64,000 nucleotides of DNA from Botryllus schlosseri (lineage: Eukaryota): NCBI GenBank assembly GCA_051294905.1, contig CM119372.1:31994001-32058000 (forward strand). The letters are read 5' to 3'. The notes under the pieces are model-generated. The model made no database searches, had not been told where the DNA came from, and saw nothing but the letters and a program-made list of their open reading frames with translations. Of the stretch, positions 48,101-57,500 are shown one piece after another. Each line of letters starts with the position of its first letter. Within the stretch, counting starts at the first letter, position 1. The position numbers were made by a program, and so were the translations under genes.

Positions 48101-51050
48101 TCAACAACCCGATATTAACGCGTTTTCGCACTATGATGCAACAGATAACATCGCACACACCACGTACTTGATTGACAACTCGGGACATCTCGGGCAATCA
48201 TCGTTCGAAACCTCATCCGACTTTATGTGTCCCGATTAATAGTTTTTAATCAGACGATCAGCATTCTCCCAAGTCAGATTTACGATCTCTGTCCAAAATG
48301 CACCACGATTAGCAGTTTCTAATCACGCGATTAGCATTCTGTTGGATCAGCCAACTTCATGATCTCCGCCATTAATGTACCGGACAAATGAACGTCGCAA
48401 ATAAAAGTCTCCGATTGTGCAACTTGTGCACCACGCTTATTTAGTTTCGGAATGAAAACTCATAAGTATTTTATGTGGTTATGGATACATAAAATCGCTT
48501 CTATTGCTTGAGATCGTGTGATAATAAATAATCTTATCTTCGCGACGATTTTCAGATACATGTAGCAAGCGATGCTTCAAAGAACAAGTTATGGATATGC
48601 CGTGTGAATGCGACGATGGATGTATCAAATTGCAGAATTGCTGTCCGGATTATCGGGATGTTTGCTTCAAGGGTGAAAATTTATGCCGAAATTGCTGACT
48701 GTTGCGAGAGTATTGTCATCAAGATCTTTCCTTCGGATATAGCCGAAAATCCAAAACGAACCATAAGGCTGTGGAATCATACATAGCAATTTATGCCCTG
48801 TTCCTCGCACTGTGCTAAATGCGTTAATGTTGTATGTGGTAATGGGAATTATGGGCTTTTCGCAAGAATCATTTCAGTATCCGAATTTCAGATAAGACAG
48901 CAGATAATAGGTACCAGAATCCTGCAAAACCACAGAAATGAAACCGTTTCTGTGTCATGGCAGAATGTAGGTAGACCTATCGTGATATATATCCGTGGAT
49001 GCCTTCCATTGTTACGGATCTAAAAACAACGACAGTTGAAATATTTTGGTTGTTGTGACCTAAGGATGAGCAATGCAAAGAAAACAAAAAAATTGTCAAG
49101 CTCAAGAATAATTTAAAATCTTATAAATAAGAACAATATGGATTTACAGCATGTTACCCGTCCAAATAAGGGAAATCCTATCAATAAGGATGTTATGGTA
49201 ACCCTGCAGATGGGCAATGAGTTTCTCGTCTAGTGTCTAATTTACACTTTTTCTCGCACAGATATTGCTGCAGTGGAAAACATCGATATTAAGATATTGG
49301 AAGATGAAAATGAAGGTATGCCTCGATCGAGTATCGCTTTCGACCCCGAACTATACCTTTTGTTACATTTTACTACCAGTCTACGATGACCTCGTGACGG
49401 AATTCAACTCAGGAGCTCCGAAATCTGAGAGGTTTCCGCTTGAAAGGCGATTTCCTCCTCAATGCGCGGGTTAGCGAATGCTCATTTTTTCAGTCAGGCG
49501 AAGTTTTAATATATTTCCATCAAATCAGCAAATTCACAAATGGGATGTAGCAACGGCCGTTTAGATTATATGGTGTTGGACGAACTGAAGAACTTGAAGA
49601 ATTTCTTGAAGCTATTGTGGATAAGGATTTTGGATGCTAGTAATGACGGTAAGTGTTCCACAGCGACGATTCTTGATGCTGTCAGAATATAACATCATAT
49701 TGCGTCTTCACAGATTTACTCATTTCTGATTATACTACGAAAGAGATTGAGGATGCTTGGAGACACGGCTGGGGACCGGAAAGCTATATGATCATCCAAG
49801 ACGCATTGCGAAAAGCTGAGATTGACCATCCAGATAGTAATATTGATAGCAATGCTGTCATTATTATCTAATAATTGAATTCAGCAACTATGTGGCATAT
49901 TTCTCCATCCCAATGTCTGTATTCGGATATCACAGTCACGGAAGCAACTTGTGTGTGTTATGTAGGAAGTAAATCGTCCACATGCAGAGTGCAGATGGGT
50001 TAAAATTAATTTGTGTATTTACTCAGATCGACCGACGAGCAACGCCCTGGACTACTACTTAATTACAAGTTTCCCCGATACTGGCTTAGCGAATCCCTGA
50101 AGCTCGTGGGAACCCTAGTTAAGAACCATTGATGTTACTAAATATCCCTACAATCCACCGCCAACACTAGCTGCGGAGAGAATTTTCCAGGGGTGACGAA
50201 AAGACTTAGTAAGATGAGCAGTCTTCTTGATTGACTCTCGCGTAACGTCATACTCTCTGTTGATAGGTCGAATGTCGTAGGATTGGCTCCCCGTGTCGAC
50301 GTACACAGTAAAACACAGTAGGTCGTTAAACTAGGCTTTAAAATAAAGTCGCCTGTCGTTAGGGAGATAAACCTATATACAAAACATCTAGCGCCCATAC
50401 ACAACGTATCTAAGAGTAAACGGACCGCAATAACTTACTAAACTAAAGAGACAACGCCCAATCTACATCTATAAGGATAAATCAGAGGTTCCTATCGCAT
50501 CAACTTTGACCATACGACATACCCAAAAACGTTCACCTTATGGCCGACATACAAGAATGGTAAACTGGCCCTAAGTAGACTGAACAAATAATTCGATATC
50601 GCCGGTAATGTAAGCTTTCTTTCAGCTATATTTTTCCGCGACCCGGGATTCTATAACTCTCTCGACATGTTTCGGGATATTATGTGTTCCTTCCGCGAAT
50701 GTAACTCGGGGCAATGTTGGCTTCCTTACGTTTACCATTCGGGAGAGAGAAAAGAGATTGCAGGCGCCATATTGAATGAACATTGGACCACGAAGGAGTT
50801 CACCAATATCGACCCAACACACCCACACTTTGACGACGCATATGGGGCTCAAGTAAATTTCGTTCGACGAAGATATGTTTTCGACATCTGGACTTGCTAC
50901 TTGTGCGCTATACAGGACATGTACGGATCTGCTCAGTTTTTACTGCAATATCCCAGTCAACGTTCATTAGATATGGTGTTACGACTAGGAAGCTATTGTG
51001 AATGTAAGGATGGATTCGGCGGTCCATATTGTAGCGATTGTCCGAAATAA
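21077..51050 (+). CDS. Multi-exon gene for a predicted secreted protein: signal peptide, micro-exon repeat region, 2x somatomedin-B, divergent hyaluronidase(GH56)-like domain with split EGF
   Basis: Hand-built exons, all phase 1-1 unless noted: 21077-21182 (start), 22586-22630, 22698-22760, 22990-23076, 23640-23726, 25103-25186, 27877-27900, 28038-28067, 28131-28202, 28375-28416, 28475-28501, 29994-30044, 30175-30237, 32252-32290, 34015-34041, 34117-34188, 34751-34792, 34853-34882, 35177-35227, 35605-35667, 36496-36534, 37240-37266, 37336-37407, 38070-38117, 38188-38214, 38462-38512, 40649-40711 (GC donor), 43050-43076, 43135-43257, 48556-48672, 49262-49315, 49380-49469, 49529-49648, 49714-49836, 49885-49968, [50027-50485 unresolved], 50486-50559 (phase 2-1), 50626-51050 (stop). 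The resolved exons are stop-free in phase. AATAAA at 51158. Confidence 0.75.
21594..22364. mobile_element. hAT MITE related to 15134-17201 (inverted)
   Basis: TIRs cagtggttctcaacc / gtttgaaaaccactg; TSD ttctaaac / ttttaaac. Confidence 0.75.
22770..23760 (+). repeat. Tandem duplication carrying paralogous 87-nt exons (EIPRPFHPPIDSSRNNEFMAGGLVMRPGT / DITGRLDPQIESSRNNEFMAGGHPINPGT)
   Basis: Flanking intron also duplicated (atattcatagcaccgt...ccgcataac near 22780 and 23365). Confidence 0.8.
23909..24902. mobile_element. MITE with gaacct/aggttc subterminal repeats
   Basis: TIRs tagtgatggtgtg / cacaccatcccta; flanking direct repeat tactctacag / tactctgcag. Confidence 0.7.
25316..26570 (+). mobile_element. 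Deleted hAT Buster/Charlie element with transposase remnants
   Basis: TIRs caggggttctcaac / gttgagaacctctg; TSD acgtagat; remnant ISKLQLSDSTVTRRVTAMSVDLLSHVLK...KSTDIA. Confidence 0.85.
28038..32290 (+). CDS. Micro-exon module 1 (exons of 30/72/42/27/51/63/39 nt; 108 aa)
   Basis: GIYLPTHSDL|GNILLGTFGISDPHELEKMWHVFT|EIVRREQRNRHMEL|TLQLAPYPG|EHKSHPDIEDHLLQMQS|EGGLNPEVLNHVTYMAMMYVN|NNMRAPKGMYGLH. Confidence 0.75.
28932..29897. mobile_element. piggyBac-type MITE (intronic)
   Basis: TTAA TSDs (28928-28931, 29898-29901); TIRs cccttttaatgggggg..tcagt / actgaccccccattaaaaggg. Confidence 0.9.
30393..31332. mobile_element. 5'-truncated copy of the MITE at 39093-40365
   Basis: Colinear with 39403-40365; ends ctactttgaccacctctg. 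Confidence 0.85.
31509..31917. mobile_element. hAT-type MITE with ttttaaaca repeats
   Basis: TIRs tagggttgcatttaaaacaaac / gtttgttttaaatgcaacccta; TSD atcgcagt / atcgcact. Confidence 0.8.
34015..36534 (+). CDS. Micro-exon module 2 (27/72/42/30/51/63/39 nt; 108 aa)
   Basis: VQVWQRERL|SETLNAEFGQQANRHFNGMWYQYV|DSIDKAMEARNLAP|MFVSVELPPA|EMRHREDMRRRMDQLLQ|QGDPEAQMMARVEELSMQYMD|GFLKEVEIERTTP. Confidence 0.75.
37240..43076 (+). CDS. Micro-exon module 3 (27/72/48/27/51/63/27 nt; 105 aa)
   Basis: VMAQERRKL|DSFLDNNFENVGYETKRDMWYRYA|SRIHEEIQAWRPPERP|NFLQPILPI|PYADELDFQRHMSQIQR|DGGQESEIIQVVDALADAFVL|GFESKTHHT. Confidence 0.75.
39093..40365. mobile_element. hAT MITE with (ctactt)n subterminal repeats
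   Basis: TIRs cagaggtggt / accacctctg; perfect TSD ttgatgaa. Confidence 0.9.
41022..41965. mobile_element. hAT MITE containing a small fold-back insertion (~41086-41354, taccgagaa repeats)
   Basis: TIRs caggggcgggcaa / ttgcccgcccctg; TSD gtttaggt; same family as 60388-61929. Confidence 0.85.
42185..42940. mobile_element. Truncated hAT element (left end like 55464 family)
   Basis: Left end cagtagttctcaacctttttgacctcgcggacc; no matching right TIR seen; right boundary approximate. Confidence 0.5.
43135..43257 (+). CDS. Somatomedin-B domain exon 1
   Basis: GSCQNRCYEDYDSSHQGCHCNKDCVKHGDCCADFRATC: canonical 8-Cys SMB spacing; phase 1-1. Confidence 0.9.
43897..46896 (-). CDS. LINE ORF2: apurinic-like endonuclease + reverse transcriptase (999 aa)
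   Basis: APE motifs HVNSRSL, GISET, IYRHP, GNFN, LLDHIY, TDHFP; RT motifs YRPISVL, QFGFR, FLDLKKAFDTV, GVPQGSALGP, FADDT, KYLG. Confidence 0.95.
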   Translation of the reverse strand: MLPTMDTNYSNSSVTMLDTSDFEYDNVHSCSSLSIEDVAANLNNTKSSMHLSIIHVNSRSLRNHIDDVNDLISFFNTKPMILGISETKLKTPDTGGLALDGYQFFHKPTPTNAGGTGVFVNSSCTTVVADCYNLNMAEVEDIWIEISCPIGRETSIIVGIIYRHPNSSNIDDFSEHLSQTLSLLNVNKKLYFIMGNFNINLLSKSQPILHYINMLKSHSADPTITLPTRLTDHSSTLLDHIYTNVSSCPIYPFVIEYPLTDHFPVLIKCLTRAPLSNKKPIYKRLPTTNSLKSLQDAAFNQFGTFEMTALTYDTLDMTFNNFMTELMNLVDHHIPLSCLSRKQRKLYCKPWITTGILKSIKTRNKLHRVWYLNGTEAQRRQYKAYANKLSHIKTKAKKSYFARHFHNCRNNKAQTWKTIRNLINPSSSHATIPPIVIDDNGNSVSNPNNVANALNKYFTSIGPKLASDCPNLPPKHYQSTPRSSTNSIFLSPTNIGEISIIVANMRNNKAEGHDRLSVQILKAVFPAISPILAHLYNQSMALGIFPEALKVARVVTVHKKGNRMSMNNYRPISVLSCLAILFEKLLHSRLSEFFQTRLWPNQFGFRTHHNTQHAILDLMLKYQSTIISKEVGCSIFLDLKKAFDTVDHSILLNKLWYNGVRGTPLALFKSYLNCRKQFVGDQCTKSELREITCGVPQGSALGPLFFIIYINDLPGASKFSTTLFADDTCLYKSDNNLSILQDSVNIEMKKICHWMSLNKLNINATKTQVLLINVRPKILLPSPFLTIGKDKLSAVPNVKYLGLCIDKDLSWKPQLAALASKLAQAVGIIARLRHILPRSVLRDIYFSLFHSHLDYGIIFWGLTYDTYLNHIAVLQNRAIRLISGMGRYERLSPRYKSLGILKVRDLCTYEIAKTMYRYHHGEFPSALSRIFTPSAGVHSHGTRSATAGNIFIQNLAASVCQRSLTFVGPRIWNSLSIEHRDLSFASFCRNFKSQLISTY
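46940..47788 (-). CDS. LINE ORF1 (coiled coil + RRM/CTD-like nucleic-acid chaperone, 282 aa)
   Basis: Heptad-rich N-half; LEFNGIP, PSPIIVKF, IVENLT and YLWTKYGRILTRK motifs typical of CR1/L2-group ORF1. Confidence 0.9.
   Translation of the reverse strand: MTRSKPSDPPKNSMATPEQQMILEKIRNEIPSIIKNCLEEFNKTNTMKNVQKTLANINSSLKEMSEEIAKVQKSQEFITDKFDEMEKQLEINTGSIKQNSKSIEQLALIINEQKKSITDLSEKYEETDRQSRLDLLEFNGIPTSTTEDTDILIKEIMSKIKVPPQANDITYSHRKFPTSDKNGNPSPIIVKFGSRVIRNKVFESRSMLRSVENSASIPNYSDIYIVENLTERTRNLLFEARKLKRKNDYDYLWTKYGRILTRKNSKSSVLQISNFDDLKKMT
48556..48672 (+). CDS. Somatomedin-B domain exon 2
   Basis: TCSKRCFKEQVMDMPCECDDGCIKLQNCCPDYRDVC; acceptor ttttcag and donor g|gtgaaa; phase 1-1. Confidence 0.9.
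50626..51050 (+). CDS. Terminal exon with split EGF-like motif (CSFRECNSGQC...CECKDGFGGPYC), reminiscent of the hyaluronidase HyalEGF domain
   Basis: Acceptor ctttctttcag|; open frame to TAA at 51050; AATAAA at 51158. Confidence 0.75.
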
Positions 51051-51534
51051 TTAATGCTTATAAGTAACAAGTGCATATTATATTTCATGATTGACATTGT
51101 CGTATACACCAATACATATATGAACTATATCCGTATATTTTCCCATATTTTGGGACAAATAAACCCGCGCTTTTTGTGGTTATAGAAAGATTAGGATTCT
51201 ATTTCGGAAATAGAAATTGAGAATTTGAAGGGCAGTTTCAGATAATTTTGATCTTTTTAACGGGATCAGACGCATCCCGGATTGTTGTTGTGTAAGCCTA
51301 AGGTAGCCTACGTGATGCGTTATAACACGGCAGCTGCAGAAAATGAGAGTCAAACTTTTGTGAATAGGTATTATTCTCATTACTACAGCAAATTATTCTT
51401 ATTTTAATCCACGTACAATACACATACGAGGAGTCAAGTCAATACACTTTGAATTTACATTTTATTCCATCATAAACGTTGCGGAAGCAGCACCGGCAAT
51501 AAACGCGTTTACGAATAGTATTTCAATCTTTCCC

Positions 51535-54500
51535 TTAGTAGTCACAAATGTATGCGACCTCTAAGTATTTCACGGTGTGGCGACAGGGATCTCCAAACAC
51601 GTGGTTGTTGGCAGGTACATGACATCGAGACTTTCCGTTGCACTTTAGCGATACGACTTTTTCGCTTCTCGAAGCGCGGCAGTTGGTTGTCTTTGGTCCA
51701 GAGTTGGGACATCTGTTGGATAGATTACAATCATGCCAAAGTTAATATACCCGCGATAAGCAATCTGGTACATGATAGTGCATATATATAGGCTACGGCT
51801 CTGTTGTTGTTTATTATTATGATGTCTCGAGATCTATGGCAAACACGGCCCACGCGATATCGACATCCACATAAACACCGTGTGGTGATGACGCGCCTAG
51901 CGGAAAAACCCAACATTTGTGAAGATATTCTGGAGGCGGGCACACACATGCGACCCATTGGTGATCCAGCAGTCAAACATACTAAAACGCCCTTTGCTAT
52001 TTTTGCTATCATTGAAAAACTATAAGTGTATCTCTCCAGATTCGTAGTAGGCCTATCCGAGCCTTAGAGCGGGCGTGTCAAACTCAACTTGGGTCGCAAG
52101 CAGGATTCACACATTTTGATCGCCTGCGAGCTGGATTGGTCATTTCAAAATGCCACTGGAATTCCTTATAATCAAAGCTATAAACATAATAGTCCAATGG
52201 CATGCAATATTACAGATCATATGACTCTATGCTAGCAACGTCGTTCGTCGCAAATAACGGGATTTTTCAAAAATACGATGATTACATTACAGTTACAAAC
52301 CACTAAAGTAGTAGCTCTAACAACGATATATATGTTGGCATATTTTGTATTCTTCCTTTGCTTTTAGTCGTGATGCGGCGTTGGCCGTGCACATTTGTTG
52401 TAAGGCATGCAAGTGATTTAACTGTAAACGCGAATGATGGAATTTGATTGATTATTTTAAAATCATCCTTCGAGTTTTTCTGGAGATCGGGGCTGGGGGC
52501 TGCGACTGGGGAATTTCGGGTCAGCGTAAGGTATACAACGACGTGACTAAAGATTTTTGAATTGTATTCTTCGTATAACTATTATATTATTCATGTTCCG
52601 TACCTACAACGGCTTCGTATTGGCGTTTTCACCTCAGCGAATAACAATTTTTGGTCCATTTGTCAAAATGTTTCTGAAATCAGTGTGCACTATTTTGTCT
52701 TCCCGGGATGTGGTGTCAATGTCATCTACGGGTGACTGGAGTGAAAACTAAAGACACCCGTCCGATGCGTATAATGTGGCCTATAAACTTGTTCGAGATT
52801 TGCGGTCTTGAAAGATTATATTTACGTTCTACTTAAAATCTCTACTTTGTTAAACAAGTGATGGATACTACAAGCCTTTTTACATTTGCTCAGACTTGCT
52901 TTGCGGGCCGTATTTTTTTCAACCATGGTTTATAGCAGTGTTTCCCAAACTTTTTTAAGCTACCGCCCCCCTGGCAGGGTTGTAACCAAGTCACATGGTT
53001 CCGAGTCACGAGTCAATCATACTTTTGTGGTTTTGACTCGAGTCGAGTCGAGTCATTTTCAATTCATCACAGACTCGAGTCCGAGTCCAAGTCACCGTTT
53101 AAAGGGTCAAGTCCGAGTCATGGTGTTATGACTCGAGTCGAGTCCAAGTCACAGTATTGAAGTCATGTTCAACTCATGTTTTCAATCCTGCTTGGGTGAT
53201 ATCGAATTCCCTGTTTGCGAAACATGCTCATTTTGTCCCTATCAGAGTCTTGGCACGTGTTTATTTAGGCAGATAACGGACAGGTCCTGGCCTCATTTAC
53301 CGATGCTAAAGATAACTTTACTAATCTTAGAACTTAAAATCAAATATCTCTCTTGTCAGTCTGATACATCACCAATACAAGCATTTAGTTTTTATTACGA
53401 ACACATCGACGATAGCTCACGAATAGCTGATAGAGAACCAACGAATTCACGTCTACATACTATCTGATAGAGAACCAACAAATTCACGTCAAGATACTAG
53501 TTGATAGAGAATCAATAGATGCATGTTTATGTAGAGGTATTTACAACAGGCCAGCATGCTGTAAAAGCGTGCATGCAACTATGTGCATTGTGCAGTGACA
53601 ACAGAACAGATACCTTTTGATTATACTAAAGGTTTTCCCAATTGCATTACCGACTACATCGCAGTTACAGCATTGGAGAAATAATTGTACAATGGGGCTG
53701 TTCAAAAACATTTTTTCAAATTTTCTGGCTACTTCTTAAAATTGCTAGATTGCCAAAAAATCAAATTTAGCTCAATTTCAACCAGTAGAAAGCAATGCTA
53801 TGAAAGAAAATTTTAGACTAATTACAAATAGAGATTTTCGAATTTTACCGGCTATCTCATGATATTGTTACATTTTGTAAAAATATGATTCATAGCAAAT
53901 TTGACTCAATTCCAACTAGAAAAAGTGAAGTTATTAGAGTAGAATGTTTTGGATATGAAATGATAGTCGGCTTACTACTATGTAATTATATTATATGAAA
54001 GAATTTCTCACTAAAATACTCCGTTTATTTTCAAATCCAGAATATTCTCCTCTCAGATCATTGATTCCACTTTTTTCAACTTAAGCCAGATTCAGTGTTC
54101 CTTTTATGCAACATAACAATTTTATCATGTAACCACCCAGTAAAATAAAAAAGAAGTTATTTTAGAACAGCCATATTGTACAAACATCACACAACATTAG
54201 CCATTCATTATTACTCACGTGCACAATGCACATACCTAACAAATCGTCAAATGGACGAAGGGCATTGTGCGTTTTCACAGACAGCAGATCAAATCAATGA
54301 GTTACACCTCAAAAATACTAATGTGGAAAGGAGATCCTCAAATATGTTAAAGCGGCATGGCCGTAGAATGAATCCACATCTACTGAATACACGTTCCACT
54401 AGTGCACTAGATGCAAGAATTGACAAGCATTTTTGAACCACACTGAAGAGCATTGAATACTCATTCTTTCTAGTCGCCCAAAAATGCAAAGAATCATCGC

Positions 54501-57500
54501 CTTCAAATCTACACATGAGCTTATCAGTCTCTTCACCATCTGAGTCATTTCATTGGCTCTAATTGAACTTTGATTCAATTGTTTGCTTGTATAATTGAAA
54601 AGTCTTGAGTACTTTAATTGCGGAGGATCTATTACCTCTTCATCACTGGACGATTTTGTACAATGCATTGCTACTATGTATCATTTTCTGTTGTTTTTAC
54701 GGCGGCATATCTGATATATCAGACAAGTGCAACGAAAGCAGTGGTGACAAATAGCGATGTCGGCAGAATTCGTCGGATGCGTTGATCTAGCCATTATGAT
54801 TCGCAAATTTCTTCATCTTCAAGGCATATAAAATAAGCCGAGTCAATGACTTGGGTCGAGTCATGCGTAATGACTCGAGTACAAGTCGAGTCAATCCAAA
54901 TATTGACTCGAGTCGAGTCGAGTCATTTTCCCATTTCAAGAAAATGACTCGAGTCAAGTCGAGTCATAAAAAAATCGTGACTCGAGTCTGACTCGAGTCG
55001 AGTCATGACTCGAGTCATTACAACCCTGCCCCCTGGACAACGAATAAAGTGCCAGCGCCACCGACCCCCCTCTCCCCTCGCCTAAATCATAAAGCGAAAG
55101 ATGTTCTGCATTTATTACAGCTAATAATGCGACAGATGAAGCTGGTGTATTATTATCATCATCCCCGTCATATTGGGTTTGAGTTTTGATAAAAACAATA
55201 CCTCTTTCTAAAATTCTAGTCTCCACGTCCCGCACTGTCAATCTATTTTGTGGGATTTTCAACTGACAGTACCGGTATTTACAGTGATTCAGAAACTATG
55301 TCTAGGCACTGAAAACACGTTCTATTGAATATGAGCGGGGAAGGGCAACGACGAAAAAGTCAACCCAACTCCAGTGAGAGTATTTCAATTTGATTTAATT
55401 GTATTTCCAAAACGATTGATTAGAGATATTAAACTTTGGGTTGAACTCAAAAGTGTTCTACACCAGTGGTTCTCAACCTTTTTCACCTCGCGGACCGGTA
55501 AAATTTCAAAAAATGTCTGGCGGACCGGTGAACTTTCAAAATTGAAATGAAGCCAAAATGTAAAGTATGCAACCGTTTTCTGCAATTATATTGTGCTGGA
55601 GAGTGACATTTAGAGGGTTTTGATCGTCTTTAATTATATTCATGATGGCATTCAGGTGATTTTATGGTAGTCTGTCTACTGAGTCAAGGTAAAATTTCCT
55701 TGTCCATATAAACGTGCTACCGCCGAGGGTCGTTTACAATCTTTTGCGCCGAAGGTCGTGGGTTTAACCGACCATGCCAACTCGAATAATATTCATCACT
55801 TTGACAATATCGAGAGAAGAAGCGTTTCGGAGTTGAACCAAGTACCTTGTCGTTCTACCCTGCTCATTGCCCACTGCCACCAGACGCATAGGCTACTCCG
55901 GCAACTACGAATACAATGCGTGCCGCAAGACAACACCTTACAGCAACTATACCGCCATCCGCAAATCCAGGCCGAAAAAACACTTCGTCAGGCCACACCT
56001 AAAAACGTTGGTCTTGGGCGCCCACAGAGCGATAAGCCAAACTTCCGGGGGCTTCACCCGCAGACCCTACATTTGGGTGGATGTTTTCACTTTTACTCGT
56101 GAGCACACTCATTCTACTCAGTGTAAGCAGAGAGTTTATGTAGCTTAATCGCGCCAATAGCGAAAATTTTCAATCATTTATGACTGAATCGGTTTTCCCG
56201 CTGCCGAATTTTGGCACACCTTTCGGAGTCCCATGTTAGCCTTAACTTCATTATGTGTTGGTACGTTGCGGCGGGGTAATGGCTGACACCGAAATGCCTA
56301 GTTTTCTAAATCATGCTCGTTTCTCGGAGAAGGCCACCTAATAAGCAAGACATTTACTGACACTAAAGCACGAAAAGAAAACGAAAAATGTTGGAAAAAG
56401 TTTCACAAAAATACGGTATGATTTATGTTCATTTGCAAAATAATTTTGGGCTCTTTTCAAGATCGGCCCCTCTCCAATTGGGCGGTTGGGGGGGGGGGCA
56501 GTTACGGTCCCGCACAAAATGAATGAATCGAAAACGAATAATCGCGCAAACTGCGCTGCTCAGCAATGAGTCAGCTTAGATCTGTTCTGTACTTGTCGCT
56601 CACATGTCGTCTAATGACACGTCTTGAACTTTAAGTGTAATCAAACATGCTTCAAGCTCTAATGTTACCTCACGAAGTTCTGAATCATTTTATCAATGGA
56701 CACGCCTTCAACAATGCATCTTGAAATTAAGGTATGAAATTGTAATATACCTGGCGGACCGGCAGGAATGTCGTCGCGGACCGGCGGTTGAGAACCATTG
56801 TTCTACACTACAAATTTCATGCTCGGAAACTTTACAGAATGGACTCAATATTATCCGGTAAGCAATTTCTAATCGAAGTAGCCTATCTCAAGGAATCAAA
56901 TCACCATATCATCCTGCAGTTTAATAGGGTGATTGATTTATGTTCCTCCCTCAAAATCGGGTATTCAAGATGGACGGGTAGCTCAGGCAATCTTGTGAAT
57001 AGGAACAGTTCAGGCGTCGCAAAATTTCGGGCTTATCACTGAATTCGGACAGTGCCATTTTCACTTTTATCAGGTATCATCATTACTAAGAACGGATGTA
57101 TTTTACTCATAAATTTTGGAAAATATGTCCGTCAAGTGGAAGCGATATCGTTTCTCGCCACCAGAACGCTGTGCCGAAAGCTACGGTCACACTCACAACA
57201 CTGTGGAAAATTCATGATCGTTTGAAACAGAGAATAAAATCACGGAAGACGGTTTCTCTTAAAAAGCCTTGAAGTGAGCAATAACTGCTGACATACTTCG
57301 TAGTCCTCACCTCACACAATGATCCACGCTTCTTAGAAATTCCACCGACTGCTAAATTAGTCCATTGATGACGGGATAAATATTGTCAAGTAACAATGGA
57401 CTTTTTCGGTACAGCTGATTAAATCGACGGCACACCCTGACTTGATCGATTTTGCATTTTTACTGCGTATTTAGCTGCTTTATTTATAAATCGTTTTAAC

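Noticed and set aside
47925..48430. Extra LINE ORF or separate gene upstream of ORF1
   Set aside because: The frames I translated contain stops or lack recognisable motifs; origin unresolved.
50027..50625. Stop-codon readthrough or selenocysteine recoding to make one long exon
   Set aside because: Stops are a mix of TAA, TAG and TGA, and canonical splice sites explain part of the region; introns or indels are more parsimonious.
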